A stretch of DNA of 64,000 nucleotides. It comes from Auanema rhodensis. Lineage: Eukaryota > Animalia > Nematoda. The notes under the pieces were generated by a model. The model was not told the DNA's origin, did no database searches, and worked only from the letters and a program-made list of their open reading frames with translations. Positions 39,211 to 53,615 of this stretch are shown piece after piece; positions within the stretch are counted from its first letter, which is position 1; each line of letters starts with the position of its first letter. The position numbers and the translations under genes were made by a program. Location of the stretch: contig OZ059894.1 of the NCBI GenBank assembly GCA_964057225.1, positions 8,308,001 through 8,372,000 on the forward strand, in the 5' to 3' direction.

Positions 39211-39555
39211 CGTTCCGTTACGCTCCTGCGTCGATAATATAAACCATTGTAGTTTATACTATGACGCGCATAGTATTCCTTGGTGTAGCGGTAAGGAATA
39301 AAGAGCATAAGGTCAATCATAAGATAAAAGAGAGAAAGATTTATTAGCATGAAACTACAACAATAATATACAAAGATAAAGATACAATACAATAAGATAA
39401 ATATAAGTATAAAGACTAAACTACAAGCCGTCCATGAGCTTGCTAAGAGGCGAACTCCCGACCAAGGGAACGAGGGAAGGCGGAGCCATTCCTCGGTCCT
39501 CTGGTCGTCTGGCTCTAACCCTTCAGCTACATATATGGGGAGTCCGAATGGAACG
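39211..39555 (-). repeat. 5' LTR of element B
   Basis: 345-bp direct repeat of 36024-36368. Confidence 0.95.
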
Positions 39556-39772
39556 GCACATATACTCAACAATCTAGACTTGTGAAGTTTCTACTTTTGT
39601 TTTAGATCAGTCAATGATCCATATTTTCTGATGTTCTGGTCTATCTTATCCAATCCTTCTAGAAAATTTATGAATGAGATCGTAAGTAGATGAATTAAAA
39701 TTTTAATTTTGCTTAATTTGAAGCTTAATTGGAACTGTGGAAACCAAAAATATTTCGCTCCCGGGTGGGCTC

Positions 39773-39808
<36 letters not shown>

Positions 39809-40043
39809 GCCTATTGCGCCACGGAAGCACATATACTCAATAATCTAGACTTGTGAAGTTTCTACTTCTGTTTTAGATCAATCAATGATCCATATTTTCT
39901 GATGTTCTGGTCTATCTTATCCAATCCTTCTAGAAAATTTATGAATGAGATCGTAAGTAGATGAATCAAAATTTTAATTTTGCTTAATTTGAAGCTTAAT
40001 TGGAACTGTGGAAACCAAAAAAATTTCGCTCCCGGGTGGGCTC

Positions 40044-40079
<36 letters not shown>

Positions 40080-40313
40080 GCCTATTGCGCCACGGAAGCA
40101 CATATACTCAACAATCTAGACTTGTGAAGTTTCTACTTTTGTTTTAGATCAGCAATGATCCATATTTTCTGATGTTCTGGTCTATCTTATCCAATCCTTC
40201 TAGAAAATTTATGAATGAGATCGTAAGTAGATGAATTAAAATTTTAATTTTGCTTAATTTGAAGCTTAATTGGAACTGTGGAAACCAAAAATATTTCGCT
40301 CCCGAGTGGGCTC

Positions 40314-40349
<36 letters not shown>

Positions 40350-40584
40350 GCCTATTGCGCCACGGAAGCACATATACTCAACAATCTAGACTTGTGAAGT
40401 TTCTCCTTTTGTTTTAGATCAGTCAATGATCCATATTTTCTGATGTTCTGGTCTATCTTATCCAATCCTTCTAGAAAATTTATGAATGAGATCGTAAGTA
40501 GATGAATCAAAATTTTAATTTTGCTTAATTTGAAGCTTAATTGGAACTGTGGAAACCAAAAATATTTCGCTCCCGGGTGCGCTC

Positions 40585-40620
<36 letters not shown>

Positions 40621-40843
40621 GCCTATTGCGCCACGAAAGCACATATACTCAACAATCTAGACTTGTGAAGTTTCTACTTTTGTTTTAGATCAGTCAATGA
40701 TCCATATTTTCTGATGTTCTGGTCTATCTTATCCAATCCTTCTAGAAAATTTATGAATGAGATCGTAAGTAGATGAATTAAAATTTTAATTTCGCTTAAT
40801 TGGAACTGTGGAAACCAAAAATATTTCGCTCCCGGGTGGGCTC

Positions 40844-40879
<36 letters not shown>

Positions 40880-41102
40880 GCCTATTGCGCCACGGAAGCA
40901 CATATACTCAACAATCTAGACTTGTGAAGTTTCTCCTTTTGTTTTAGATCAGTCAATGATCCATATTTTCTGATGTTCTGGTCTATCTTATCCAATCCTT
41001 CTAGAAAATTTATGAATGAGATCGTAAGTAGATGAATTAAAATTTTAATTTCGCTTAATTGGAACTGTGGAAACCAAAAAAATTTCGCTCCCGGGTGGGC
41101 TC

Positions 41103-41138
<36 letters not shown>

Positions 41139-41372
41139 GCCTATTGCGCCACGGAAGCACATATACTCAACAATCTAGACTTGTGAAGTTTCTACTTTTG
41201 TTTTAGATCAGCAATGATCCATATTTTCTGATGTTCTGGTCTATCTTATCCAATCCTTCTAGAAAATTTATGAATGAGATCGTAAGTAGATGAATTAAAA
41301 TTTTAATTTTGCTTAATTTGAAGCTTAATTGGAACTGTGGAAACCAAAAATATTTCGCTCCCGAGTGGGCTC

Positions 41373-41408
<36 letters not shown>

Positions 41409-41643
41409 GCCTATTGCGCCACGGAAGCACATATACTCAACAATCTAGACTTGTGAAGTTTCTCCTTTTGTTTTAGATCAGTCAATGATCCATATTTTCT
41501 GATGTTCTGGTCTATCTTATCCAATCCTTCTAGAAAATTTATGAATGAGATCGTAAGTAGATGAATCAAAATTTTAATTTTGCTTAATTTGAAGCTTAAT
41601 TGGAACTGTGGAAACCAAAAATATTTCGCTCCCGGGTGCGCTC

Positions 41644-41679
<36 letters not shown>

Positions 41680-41902
41680 GCCTATTGCGCCACGAAAGCA
41701 CATATACTCAACAATCTAGACTTGTGAAGTTTCTACTTTTGTTTTAGATCAGTCAATGATCCATATTTTCTGATGTTCTGGTCTATCTTATCCAATCCTT
41801 CTAGAAAATTTATGAATGAGATCGTAAGTAGATGAATTAAAATTTTAATTTCGCTTAATTGGAACTGTGGAAACCAAAAATATTTCGCTCCCGGGTGGGC
41901 TC

Positions 41903-41938
<36 letters not shown>

Positions 41939-42161
41939 GCCTATTGCGCCACGGAAGCACATATACTCAACAATCTAGACTTGTGAAGTTTCTCCTTTTG
42001 TTTTAGATCAGTCAATGATCCATATTTTCTGATGTTCTGGTCTATCTTATCCAATCCTTCTAGAAAATTTATGAATGAGATCGTAAGTAGATGAATTAAA
42101 ATTTTAATTTCGCTTAATTGGAACTGTGGAAACCAAAAATATTTCGCTCCCGGGTGGGCTC

Positions 42162-42197
<36 letters not shown>

Positions 42198-42420
42198 GCC
42201 TATTGCGCCACGGAAGCACATATACTCAACAATCTAGACTTGTGAAGTTTCTCCTTTTGTTTTAGATCAGTCAATGATCCATATTTTCTGATGTTCTGGT
42301 CTATCTTATCCAATCCTTCTAGAAAATTTATGAATGAGATCGTAAGTAGATGAATTAAAATTTTAATTTCGCTTAATTGGAACTGTGGAAACCAAAAATA
42401 TTTCGCTCCCGGGTGGGCTC

Positions 42421-42456
<36 letters not shown>

Positions 42457-42691
42457 GCCTATTGCGCCACGGAAGCACATATACTCAACAATCTAGACTT
42501 GTGAAGTTTCTACTTTTGTTTTAGATCAGTCAATGATCCATATTTTCTGATGTTCTGGTCTATCTTATCCAATCCTTCTAGAAAATTTATGAATGAGATC
42601 GTAAGTAGATGAATCAAAATTTAAATTTTGCTTAATTTGAAGCTTAATTGGAACTGTGGAAACCAAAAATATTTCGCTCCCGGGTGGGCTC

Positions 42692-42727
<36 letters not shown>

Positions 42728-42950
42728 GCCTATTGCGCCACGGAAGCACATATACTCAACAATCTAGACTTGTGAAGTTTCTACTTTTGTTTTAGATCAG
42801 TCAATGATCCATATTTTCTGATGTTCTGGTCTATCTTATCCAATCCTTCTAGAAAATTTATGAATGAGATTGTAAGTAGATGAATTAAAATTTTAATTTC
42901 GCTTAATTGGAACTGTGGAAACCAAAAATATTTCGCTCCCGGGTGGGCTC

Positions 42951-42986
<36 letters not shown>

Positions 42987-43221
42987 GCCTATTGCGCCAC
43001 GGAAGCACATATACTCAACAATCTAGACTTGTGAAATTTCTCCTTTTGTTTTAGATCAGTCAATGATCCATATTTTCTGATGTTCTGGTCTATCTTATCC
43101 AATCCTTCTAGAAAATTTATGAATGAGATCGTAAGTAGATGAATCAAAATTTTAATTTTGCTTAATTTGAAGCTTAATTGGAACTGTGGAAACCAAAAAT
43201 ATTTCGCTCCCGGGTGCGCTC

Positions 43222-43257
<36 letters not shown>

Positions 43258-43480
43258 GCCTATTGCGCCACGAAAGCACATATACTCAACAATCTAGACT
43301 TGTGAAGTTTCTACTTTTGTTTTAGATCAGTCAATGATCCATATTTTCTGATGTTCTGGTCTATCTTATCCAATCCTTCTAGAAAATTTATGAATGAGAT
43401 CGTAAGTAGATGAATTAAAATTTTAATTTCGCTTAATTGGAACTGTGGAAACCAAAAATATTTCGCTCCCGGGTGGGCTC

Positions 43481-43516
<36 letters not shown>

Positions 43517-43739
43517 GCCTATTGCGCCACGGAAGCACATATACTCAACAATCTAGACTTGTGAAGTTTCTCCTTTTGTTTTAGATCAGTCAATGATCCA
43601 TATTTTCTGATGTTCTGGTCTATCTTATCCAATCCTTCTAGAAAATTTATGAATGAGATCGTAAGTAGATGAATTAAAATTTTAATTTCGCTTAATTGGA
43701 ACTGTGGAAACCAAAAATATTTCGCTCCCGGGTGGGCTC

Positions 43740-43775
<36 letters not shown>

Positions 43776-43998
43776 GCCTATTGCGCCACGGAAGCACATA
43801 TACTCAACAATCTAGACTTGTGAAGTTTCTACTTCTGTTTTAGATCAGTCAATGATCCATATTTTCTGATGTTCTGGTCTATCTTATCCAATCCTTCTAG
43901 AAAATTTATGAATGAGATCGTAAGTAGATGAATTAAAATTTTAATTTTGCTTAATTGGAACTGTGGAAACCAAAAATATTTCGCTCCCGGGTGGGCTC

Positions 43999-44034
<36 letters not shown>

Positions 44035-44269
44035 GCCTATTGCGCCACGGAAGCACATATACTCAACAATCTAGACTTGTGAAGTTTCTACTTCTGTTTT
44101 AGATCAGTCAATGATCCATATTTTCTGATGTTCTGGTCTATTTTATCCAATCCTTCTAGAAAATTTATGAATGAGATCGTAAGTAGAGGAATTAAAATTT
44201 TAATTTTGCTCAATTTGAAGCTTAATTTGAACTGTGGAAATCAAAAATGTTTCGCTCCCGGGTGGGCTC

Positions 44270-44305
<36 letters not shown>

Positions 44306-44540
44306 GCCTATTGCGCCACGGAAGCACATATACTCAACAATCTAGACTTGTGAAGTTTCTACTTTTGTTTTAGATCAGTCAATGATCCATATTTTCTGAT
44401 GTTCTGGTCTATCTTATCCAATCCTTCTAGAAAATTTATGAATGAGATCGTAAGTAGATGAATCAAAATTTAAATTTTGCTTAATTTGAAGCTTAATTGG
44501 AACTGTGGAAACCAAAAATATTTCGCTCCCGGGTGGGCTC

Positions 44541-44576
<36 letters not shown>

Positions 44577-44883
44577 GCCTATTGCGCCACGGAAGCACAT
44601 ATACTCAACAATCTAGACTTGTGAAGTTTCTACTTTTGTTTTAGATCAGTCAATGATCCATATTTTCTGATGTTCTGGTCTATCTTATCCAATCCTTCTA
44701 GAAAATTTATGAATGAGATCGTAAGTAGATGAGTCAATGATCCATATTTTCTGATGTTCTGGTCTATCTTATCCAATCCTTCTAGAAAATTTATGAATGA
44801 GATTGTAAGTAGATGAATTAAAATTTTAATTTCGCTTAATTGGAACTGTGGAAACCAAAAATATTTCGCTCCCGGGTGGGCTC

Positions 44884-44919
<36 letters not shown>

Positions 44920-45154
44920 GCCTATTGCGCCACGGAAGCACATATACTCAACAATCTAGACTTGTGAAGTTTCTACTTCTGTTTTAGATCAGTCAATGAT
45001 CCAAATTTTCTCATGTTTTGCTCTATCTTATCCAATCCTTCTAGAACATTTATGAATGAGATCGTAAGTAGATGAATAAAAATTTTAATTTTGCTTAATT
45101 TGAAGCTTAATTGGAACTGTGGAAACCAAAAATATTTCGCTCCCGGGTGGGCTC

Positions 45155-45190
<36 letters not shown>

Positions 45191-45425
45191 GCCTATTGCG
45201 CCACGGAAGCACATATACTCAACAATCTAGACTTGTGAAGTTTCTACTTCTGTTTTACATCAGTCGATGATCCATATTTTCTGATGTTCTGGTCTATTTT
45301 ATCCAATCCTTCTAGAAAATTTATGAATGAGATCGTAAGTAGAGGAATTAAAATTTTAATTTTGCTCAATTTGAAGCTTAATTTGAACTGTGGAAATCAA
45401 AAATGTTTCGCTCCCGGGTGGGCTC

Positions 45426-45461
<36 letters not shown>

Positions 45462-45684
45462 GCCTTTTGCGCCACGGAAGCACATACTCTCAACAATCTA
45501 GACTTGTGAAGTTTCTACTTCTGTTTTAGATCAGTCAATGATCCATATTTTCTGATGTTCTGGTCTATCTTATCCAATCTTTCTAGAAAATTTATGAATG
45601 AGATCGTAAGTAGATGAATTAAAATTTTAATTTTGCTTAATTTGAACTGTGGAAACGAAAAATATTTCGCTCCCGGGTGGGCTC

Positions 45685-45720
<36 letters not shown>

Positions 45721-45955
45721 GCCTATTGCGCCACGGAAGCACATATACTCAACAATCTAGACTTGTGAAGGTTCTACTTCTGTTTTAGATCAGTCAATGA
45801 TCCATATTTTCTGATGTTCTGGTCTATCTTATCCAATCCTTCTAGAAAATTTATGAATGAGATCGTGAGTAGATGAATAAAAATTTTAATTTTGCTTGAT
45901 TTGAAGCTTAATTGGAACTGTGGAAACCAAAAATATTTCGCTCCCGGGTGGGCTC

Positions 45956-45991
<36 letters not shown>

Positions 45992-46214
45992 GCCTATTGC
46001 GCCACGGAAGCACATATACTCAACAATCTAGACTTGTGAAGTTTCTACTTCTGTTTTAGATCAGTCAATGATCCATATTTTCTGATGTTCTGGTCTATCT
46101 TATCCAATCCTTCTAGAAAATTTATGAATGAGATTGTAAGTAGATGAATTAAAATTTTAATTTTGCTTAATTGGAACTGTGGAAACCAAAAATATTTCGC
46201 TCCCGGGTGGGCTC

Positions 46215-46250
<36 letters not shown>

Positions 46251-46473
46251 GCCTATTGCGCCACGGAAGCACATATACTCAACAATCTAGACTTGTGAAG
46301 TTTCTACTTCTGTTTTAGATCAGTCAATGATCCATATTTTCTGATGTTCTGGTCTATCTTATCCAATCCTTCTAGAAAATTTATGAATGAGATCGTAAGT
46401 AGATGAATTAAAATTTTAATTTCGCTTAATTGGAACTGTGGAAACCAAAAATATTTCGCTCCCGGGTGGGCTC

Positions 46474-46509
<36 letters not shown>

Positions 46510-46744
46510 GCCTATTGCGCCACGGAAGCACATATACTCAACAATCTAGACTTGTGAAGGTTCTACTTCTGTTTTAGATCAGTCAATGATCCATATTTTC
46601 TGATGTTCTGGTCTATCTTATCCAATCCTTCTAGAAAATTTATGAATGAGATCGTGAGTAGATGAATCAAAATTTTAATTTTGCTTGATTTGAAGCTTAA
46701 TTGGAACTGTGGAAACCAAAAATATTTCGCTCCCGGGTGGGCTC

Positions 46745-46780
<36 letters not shown>

Positions 46781-47262
46781 GCCTATTGCGCCACGGAAGC
46801 ACATATACTCAACAATCTAGACTTGTGAAGTTTCTACTTCTGTTTTAGATCAGTCAATGATCCATATTTTCTGATGTTCTGGTCTATCTTATCCAATCCT
46901 TCTAGAAAATTTATGAATGAGATCGTAAGTAGATGAATTAAAATTTTAATTTCGCTTAATTGGAACTGTGGAAACCAAAAATATTTCGCTCCCGGGTGGG
47001 CTCGAACCACCAACCTTTCGCTTAACAGCCGAACGCGCTGCCTATTGCGCCACGGAAGCACATATACTCAACAATCTAGACTTGTGAAGTTTCTCCTTTT
47101 GTTTTAGATCAGTCAATGATCCATATTTTCTGATGTTCTGGTCTATCTTATCCAATCCTTCTAGAAAATTTATGAATGAGATCGTAAGTAGATGAATTAA
47201 AATTTTAATTTCGCTTAATTGGAACTGTGGAAACCAAAAATATTTCGCTCCCGGGTGGGCTC

Positions 47263-47298
<36 letters not shown>

Positions 47299-47533
47299 GC
47301 CTATTGCGCCACGGAAGCACATATACTCAACAATCTAAACTTGTGAAGTTTCTACTTCTGTTTTAGATCAGTCAATGATCCGTATTTTCCCAAGTTCTGC
47401 TCTTTCTTATCCAATCCTTCTAGAAAATTTATGAATGAGATCGTAAGTAGATGAATCAAAATTTAAATTTTGCTTAATTTGAAGCTTAATTGGAACTGTG
47501 GAAACCAAAAATATTTCGCTCCCGGGTGGGCTC

Positions 47534-47569
<36 letters not shown>

Positions 47570-47876
47570 GCCTATTGCGCCACGGAAGCACATATACTCA
47601 ACAATCTAGACTTGTGAAGTTTCTACTTTTGTTTTAGATCAGTCAATGATCCATATTTTCTGATGTTCTGGTCTATCTTATCCAATCCTTCTAGAAAATT
47701 TATGAATGAGATCGTAAGTAGATGAGTCAATGATCCATATTTTCTGATGTTCTGGTCTATCTTATCCAATCCTTCTAGAAAATTTATGAATGAGATCGTA
47801 AGTAGATGAATTAAAATTTTAATTTCGCTTAATTGGAACTGTGGAAACCAAAAATATTTCGCTCCCGGGTGGGCTC

Positions 47877-47912
<36 letters not shown>

Positions 47913-48147
47913 GCCTATTGCGCCACGGAAGCACATATACTCAACAATCTAGACTTGTGAAGGTTCTACTTCTGTTTTAGATCAGTCAATGATCCATATT
48001 TTCTGATGTTCTGGTCTATCTTATCCAATCCTTCTAGAAAATTTATGAATGAGATCGTGAGTAGATGAATCAAAATTTTAATTTTGCTTGATTTGAAGCT
48101 TAATTGGAACTGTGGAAACCAAAAATATTTCGCTCCCGGGTGGGCTC

Positions 48148-48183
<36 letters not shown>

Positions 48184-48665
48184 GCCTATTGCGCCACGGA
48201 AGCACATATACTCAACAATCTAGACTTGTGAAGTTTCTACTTCTGTTTTAGATCAGTCAATGATCCATATTTTCTGATGTTCTGGTCTATCTTATCCAAT
48301 CCTTCTAGAAAATTTATGAATGAGATCGTAAGTAGATGAATTAAAATTTTAATTTCGCTTAATTGGAACTGTGGAAACCAAAAATATTTCGCTCCCGGGT
48401 GGGCTCGAACCACCAACCTTTCGCTTAACAGCCGAACGCGCTGCCTATTGCGCCACGGAAGCACATATACTCAACAATCTAGACTTGTGAAGTTTCTCCT
48501 TTTGTTTTAGATCAGTCAATGATCCATATTTTCTGATGTTCTGGTCTATCTTATCCAATCCTTCTAGAAAATTTATGAATGAGATCGTAAGTAGATGAAT
48601 TAAAATTTTAATTTCGCTTAATTGGAACTGTGGAAACCAAAAATATTTCGCTCCCGGGTGGGCTC

Positions 48666-48701
<36 letters not shown>

Positions 48702-48936
48702 GCCTATTGCGCCACGGAAGCACATATACTCAACAATCTAAACTTGTGAAGTTTCTACTTCTGTTTTAGATCAGTCAATGATCCGTATTTTCCCAAGTTC
48801 TGCTCTTTCTTATCCAATCCTTCTAGAAAATTTATGAATGAGATCGTAAGTAGATGAATCAAAATTTAAATTTTGCTTAATTTGAAGCTTAATTGGAACT
48901 GTGGAAACCAAAAATATTTCGCTCCCGGGTGGGCTC

Positions 48937-48972
<36 letters not shown>

Positions 48973-49279
48973 GCCTATTGCGCCACGGAAGCACATATAC
49001 TCAACAATCTAGACTTGTGAAGTTTCTACTTTTGTTTTAGATCAGTCAATGATCCATATTTTCTGATGTTCTGGTCTATCTTATCCAATCCTTCTAGAAA
49101 ATTTATGAATGAGATCGTAAGTAGATGAGTCAATGATCCATATTTTCTGATGTTCTGGTCTATCTTATCCAATCCTTCTAGAAAATTTATGAATGAGATC
49201 GTAAGTAGATGAATTATAATTTTAATTTCGCTTAATTGGAACTGTGGAAACCAAAAATATTTCGCTCCCGGGTGGGCTC

Positions 49280-49315
<36 letters not shown>

Positions 49316-49622
49316 GCCTATTGCGCCACGGAAGCACATGTACTCAACAATCTAGACTTGTGAAGTTTCTACTTCTGTTTTAGATCAGTCAATGATCCAT
49401 ATTTTCTGATGTTCTGGTCTATCTTATCCAATCCTTCTAGAAAATTTATGAATGAGATCGTAAGTAGATGAGTCAATGATCCATATTTTCTGATGTTCTG
49501 GTCTATCTTATCCAATCCTTCTAGAAAATTTATGAATGAGATCGTAAGTAGATGAATTATAATTTTAATTTCGCTTAATTGGAACTGTGGAAACCAAAAA
49601 TATTTCGCTCCCGGGTGGGCTC

Positions 49623-49658
<36 letters not shown>

Positions 49659-49881
49659 GCCTATTGCGCCACGGAAGCACATGTACTCAACAATCTAGAC
49701 TTGTGAAGTTTCTACTTCTGTTTTAGATCAGTCAATGATCCATATTTTCTGATGTTCTGGTCTATCTTATCCAATCCTTCTAGAAAATTTATGAATGAGA
49801 TCGTAAGTAGATGAATTATAATTTTAATTTCGCTTAATTGGAACTGTGGAAACCAAAAATATTTCGCTCCCGGGTGGGCTC

Positions 49882-49917
<36 letters not shown>

Positions 49918-50144
49918 GCCTATTGCGCCACGGAAGCACATATACTCAACAATCTAGACTTGTGAAGGTTCTACTTCTGTTTTAGATCAGTCAATGATCC
50001 ATATTTTCTGATGTTCTGGTCTATCTTATCCAATCCTTCTAGAAAATTTATGAATGAGATTGTAAGTAGATGAATTAAAATTTTAATTTTGCTTAATTTG
50101 AACTGTGGAAACGAAAAATATTTCGCTCCCGGGTGGGCTCGAAT

Positions 50145-50176
<32 letters not shown>

Positions 50177-50411
50177 GCCTATTGCGCCACGGAAGCACAT
50201 ATACTCAACAATCTAGACTTGTGAAGTTTCTACTTCTGTTTTAGATCAGTCAATGATCCAAATTTTCTCATGTTTTGCTCTATCTTATCCAATCCTTCTA
50301 GAACATTTATGAATGAGATCGTAAGTAGATGAATAAAAATTTTAATTTTGCTTAATTTGAAGCTTAATTGGAACTGTGGAAACCAAAAATATTTCGCTCC
50401 CGGGTGGGCTC

Positions 50412-50447
<36 letters not shown>

Positions 50448-50682
50448 GCCTATTGCGCCACGGAAGCACATATACTCAACAATCTAGACTTGTGAAGTTT
50501 CTACTTCTGTTTTAGATCAGTCGATGATCCATATTTTCTGATGTTCTGGTCTATCTTATCCAATCCTTCTAGAAAATTTATGAATGAGATCGTGAGTAGA
50601 TAAATCAAAATTTTAATTTTGCTTAATTTGAAGCTTAATTTGAACTGTGGAAATCAAAAATGTTTCGCTCCCGGGTGGGCTC

Positions 50683-50718
<36 letters not shown>

Positions 50719-50953
50719 GCCTATTGCGCCACGGAAGCACATATACTCAACAATCTAGACTTGTGAAGTTTCTACTTCTGTTTTAGATCAGTCAATGATC
50801 CATATTTTCTGATGTTCTGGTCTATCTTATCCAATCCTTCTAGAAAATTTATGAATGAGATCGTAAGTAGATGAATTGAAATTTTAATTTTGCTTGATTT
50901 GAAGCTTAATTGGAACTGTGGAACCCAAAAATATTTCGCTCCCGGGTGGGCTC

Positions 50954-50989
<36 letters not shown>

Positions 50990-51212
50990 GCCTATTGCGC
51001 CACGGAAGCACATACTCTCAACAATCTAGACTTGTGAAGTTTCTACTTCTGTTTTAGATCAGTCAATGATCCATATTTTCTGATGTTCTGGTCTATCTTA
51101 TCCAATCCTTCTAGAAAATTTATGAATGAGATTGTAAGTAGATGAATTAAAATTTTAATTTTGCTTAATTGGAACTGTGGAAACCAAAAATATTTCGCTC
51201 CCGGGTGGGCTC

Positions 51213-51248
<36 letters not shown>

Positions 51249-51471
51249 GCCTATTGCGCCACGGAAGCACATACTCTCAACAATCTAGACTTGTGAAGTT
51301 TCTACTTCTGTTTTAGATCAGTCAATGATCCATATTTTCTGATGTTCTGGTCTATCTTATCCAATCCTTCTAGAAAATTTATGAATGAGATTGTAAGTAG
51401 ATGAATTAAAATTTTAATTTTGCTTAATTAGAACTGTGGAAACCAAAAATATTTCGCTCCCGGGTGGGCTC

Positions 51472-51507
<36 letters not shown>

Positions 51508-51742
51508 GCCTATTGCGCCACGGAAGCACATACTCTCAACAATCTAGACTTGTGAAGTTTCTACTTCTGTTTTAGATCAGTCAATGAACCATATTTTCTG
51601 ATGTTCTGGTCTATCTTATCCAATCCTTCTAGAAAATTTATGAATGAGATCGTGAGTAGATGAATAAAAATTTTAATTTTGCTTGATTTGAAGCTTAATT
51701 GGAACTGTGGAAACCAAAAATATTTCGCTCCCGGGTGGGCTC

Positions 51743-51778
<36 letters not shown>

Positions 51779-52001
51779 GCCTATTGCGCCACGGAAGCAC
51801 ATATACTCAACAATCTAGACTTGTGAAGTTTCTACTTCTGTTTTAGATCAGTCAATGATCCATATTTTCTGATGTTCTGGTCTATCTTATCCAATCCTTC
51901 TAGAAAATTTATGAATGAGATTGTAAGTAGATGAATTAAAATTTTAATTTTGCTTAATTGGAACTGTGGAAACCAAAAATATTTCGCTCCCGGGTGGGCT
52001 C

Positions 52002-52037
<36 letters not shown>

Positions 52038-52260
52038 GCCTATTGCGCCACGGAAGCACATATACTCAACAAACTAGACTTGTGAAGTTTCTACTTCTGT
52101 TTTAGATCAGTCAATGATCCATATTTTCTGATGTTCTGGTCTATCTTATCCAATCCTTCTAGAAAATTTATGAATGAGATTGTAAGTAGATGAATTAAAA
52201 TTTTAATTTTGCTTAATTGGAACTGTGGAAACCAAAAATATTTCGCTCCCGGGTGGGCTC

Positions 52261-52296
<36 letters not shown>

Positions 52297-52519
52297 GCCT
52301 ATTGCGCCACGGAAGCACATACTCTCAACAATCTAGACTTGTGAAGTTTCTACTTCTGTTTTAGATCAGTCAATGATCCATATTTTCTGATGTTCTGGTC
52401 TATCTTATCCAATCCTTCTAGAAAATTTATGAATGAGATTGTAAGTAGATGAATTAAAATTTTAATTTTGCTTAATTGGAACTGTGGAAACCAAAAATAT
52501 TTCGCTCCCGGGTGGGCTC

Positions 52520-52555
<36 letters not shown>

Positions 52556-52790
52556 GCCTATTGCGCCACGGAAGCACATACTCTCAACAATCTAGACTTG
52601 TGAAGTTTCTACTTCTGTTTTAGATCAGTCAATGAACCATATTTTCTGATGTTCTGGTCTATCTTATCCAATCCTTCTAGAAAATTTATGAATGAGATCG
52701 TGAGTAGATGAATAAAAATTTTAATTTTGCTTGATTTGAAGCTTAATTGGAACTGTGGAAACCAAAAATATTTCGCTCCCGGGTGGGCTC

Positions 52791-52826
<36 letters not shown>

Positions 52827-53049
52827 GCCTATTGCGCCACGGAAGCACATATACTCAACAATCTAGACTTGTGAAGTTTCTACTTCTGTTTTAGATCAGT
52901 CAATGATCCATATTTTCTGATGTTCTGGTCTATCTTATCCAATCCTTCTAGAAAATTTATGAATGAGATTGTAAGTAGATGAATTAAAATTTTAATTTTG
53001 CTTAATTGGAACTGTGGAAACCAAAAATATTTCGCTCCCGGGTGGGCTC

Positions 53050-53085
<36 letters not shown>

Positions 53086-53308
53086 GCCTATTGCGCCACG
53101 GAAGCACATATACTCAACAAACTAGACTTGTGAAGTTTCTACTTCTGTTTTAGATCAGTCAATGATCCATATTTTCTGATGTTCTGGTCTATCTTATCCA
53201 ATCCTTCTAGAAAATTTATGAATGAGATCGTAAGTAGATGAATTAAAATTTTAATTTCGCTTAATTGGAACTGTGGAAACCAAAAATATTTCGCTCCCGG
53301 GTGGGCTC

Positions 53309-53344
<36 letters not shown>

Positions 53345-53579
53345 GCCTATTGCGCCACGGAAGCACATATACTCAACAATCTAGACTTGTGAAGTTTCTA
53401 CTTCTGTTTTAGATCAGTCAATGATCCAAATTTTCTCATGTTTTGCTCTATCTTATCCAATCCTTCTAGAAAATTTATGAATGAGATCGTGAGTAGATGA
53501 ATCAAAATTTTAATTTTGCTTGATTTGAAGCTTAATTGGAACTGTGGAAACCAAAAATATTTCGCTCCCGGGTGGGCTC

Positions 53580-53615
<36 letters not shown>

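Larger units (their letters stand above)
36024..39555 (-). mobile_element. Non-autonomous LTR retroelement B (3532 bp, tRNA-Gln primed)
   Basis: Two 345-bp direct repeats with 1 mismatch seen (36159 G vs 39346 A), TSD GCAC (36020-36023 and 39556-39559), PBS abutting the right repeat, no gag/pol ORF recognised. Confidence 0.93.

Noticed and set aside
39190-39292. Internal Pol III promoter formed by GAGTTCGAG and TGGTGTAGCGG
   Set aside because: The B-like box precedes the A-like box (wrong order); better explained as complementarity to the primer tRNA.
46987-47059. Possible anticodon-switched tRNA
   Set aside because: The change is C39G in the stem; the anticodon remains GTT.
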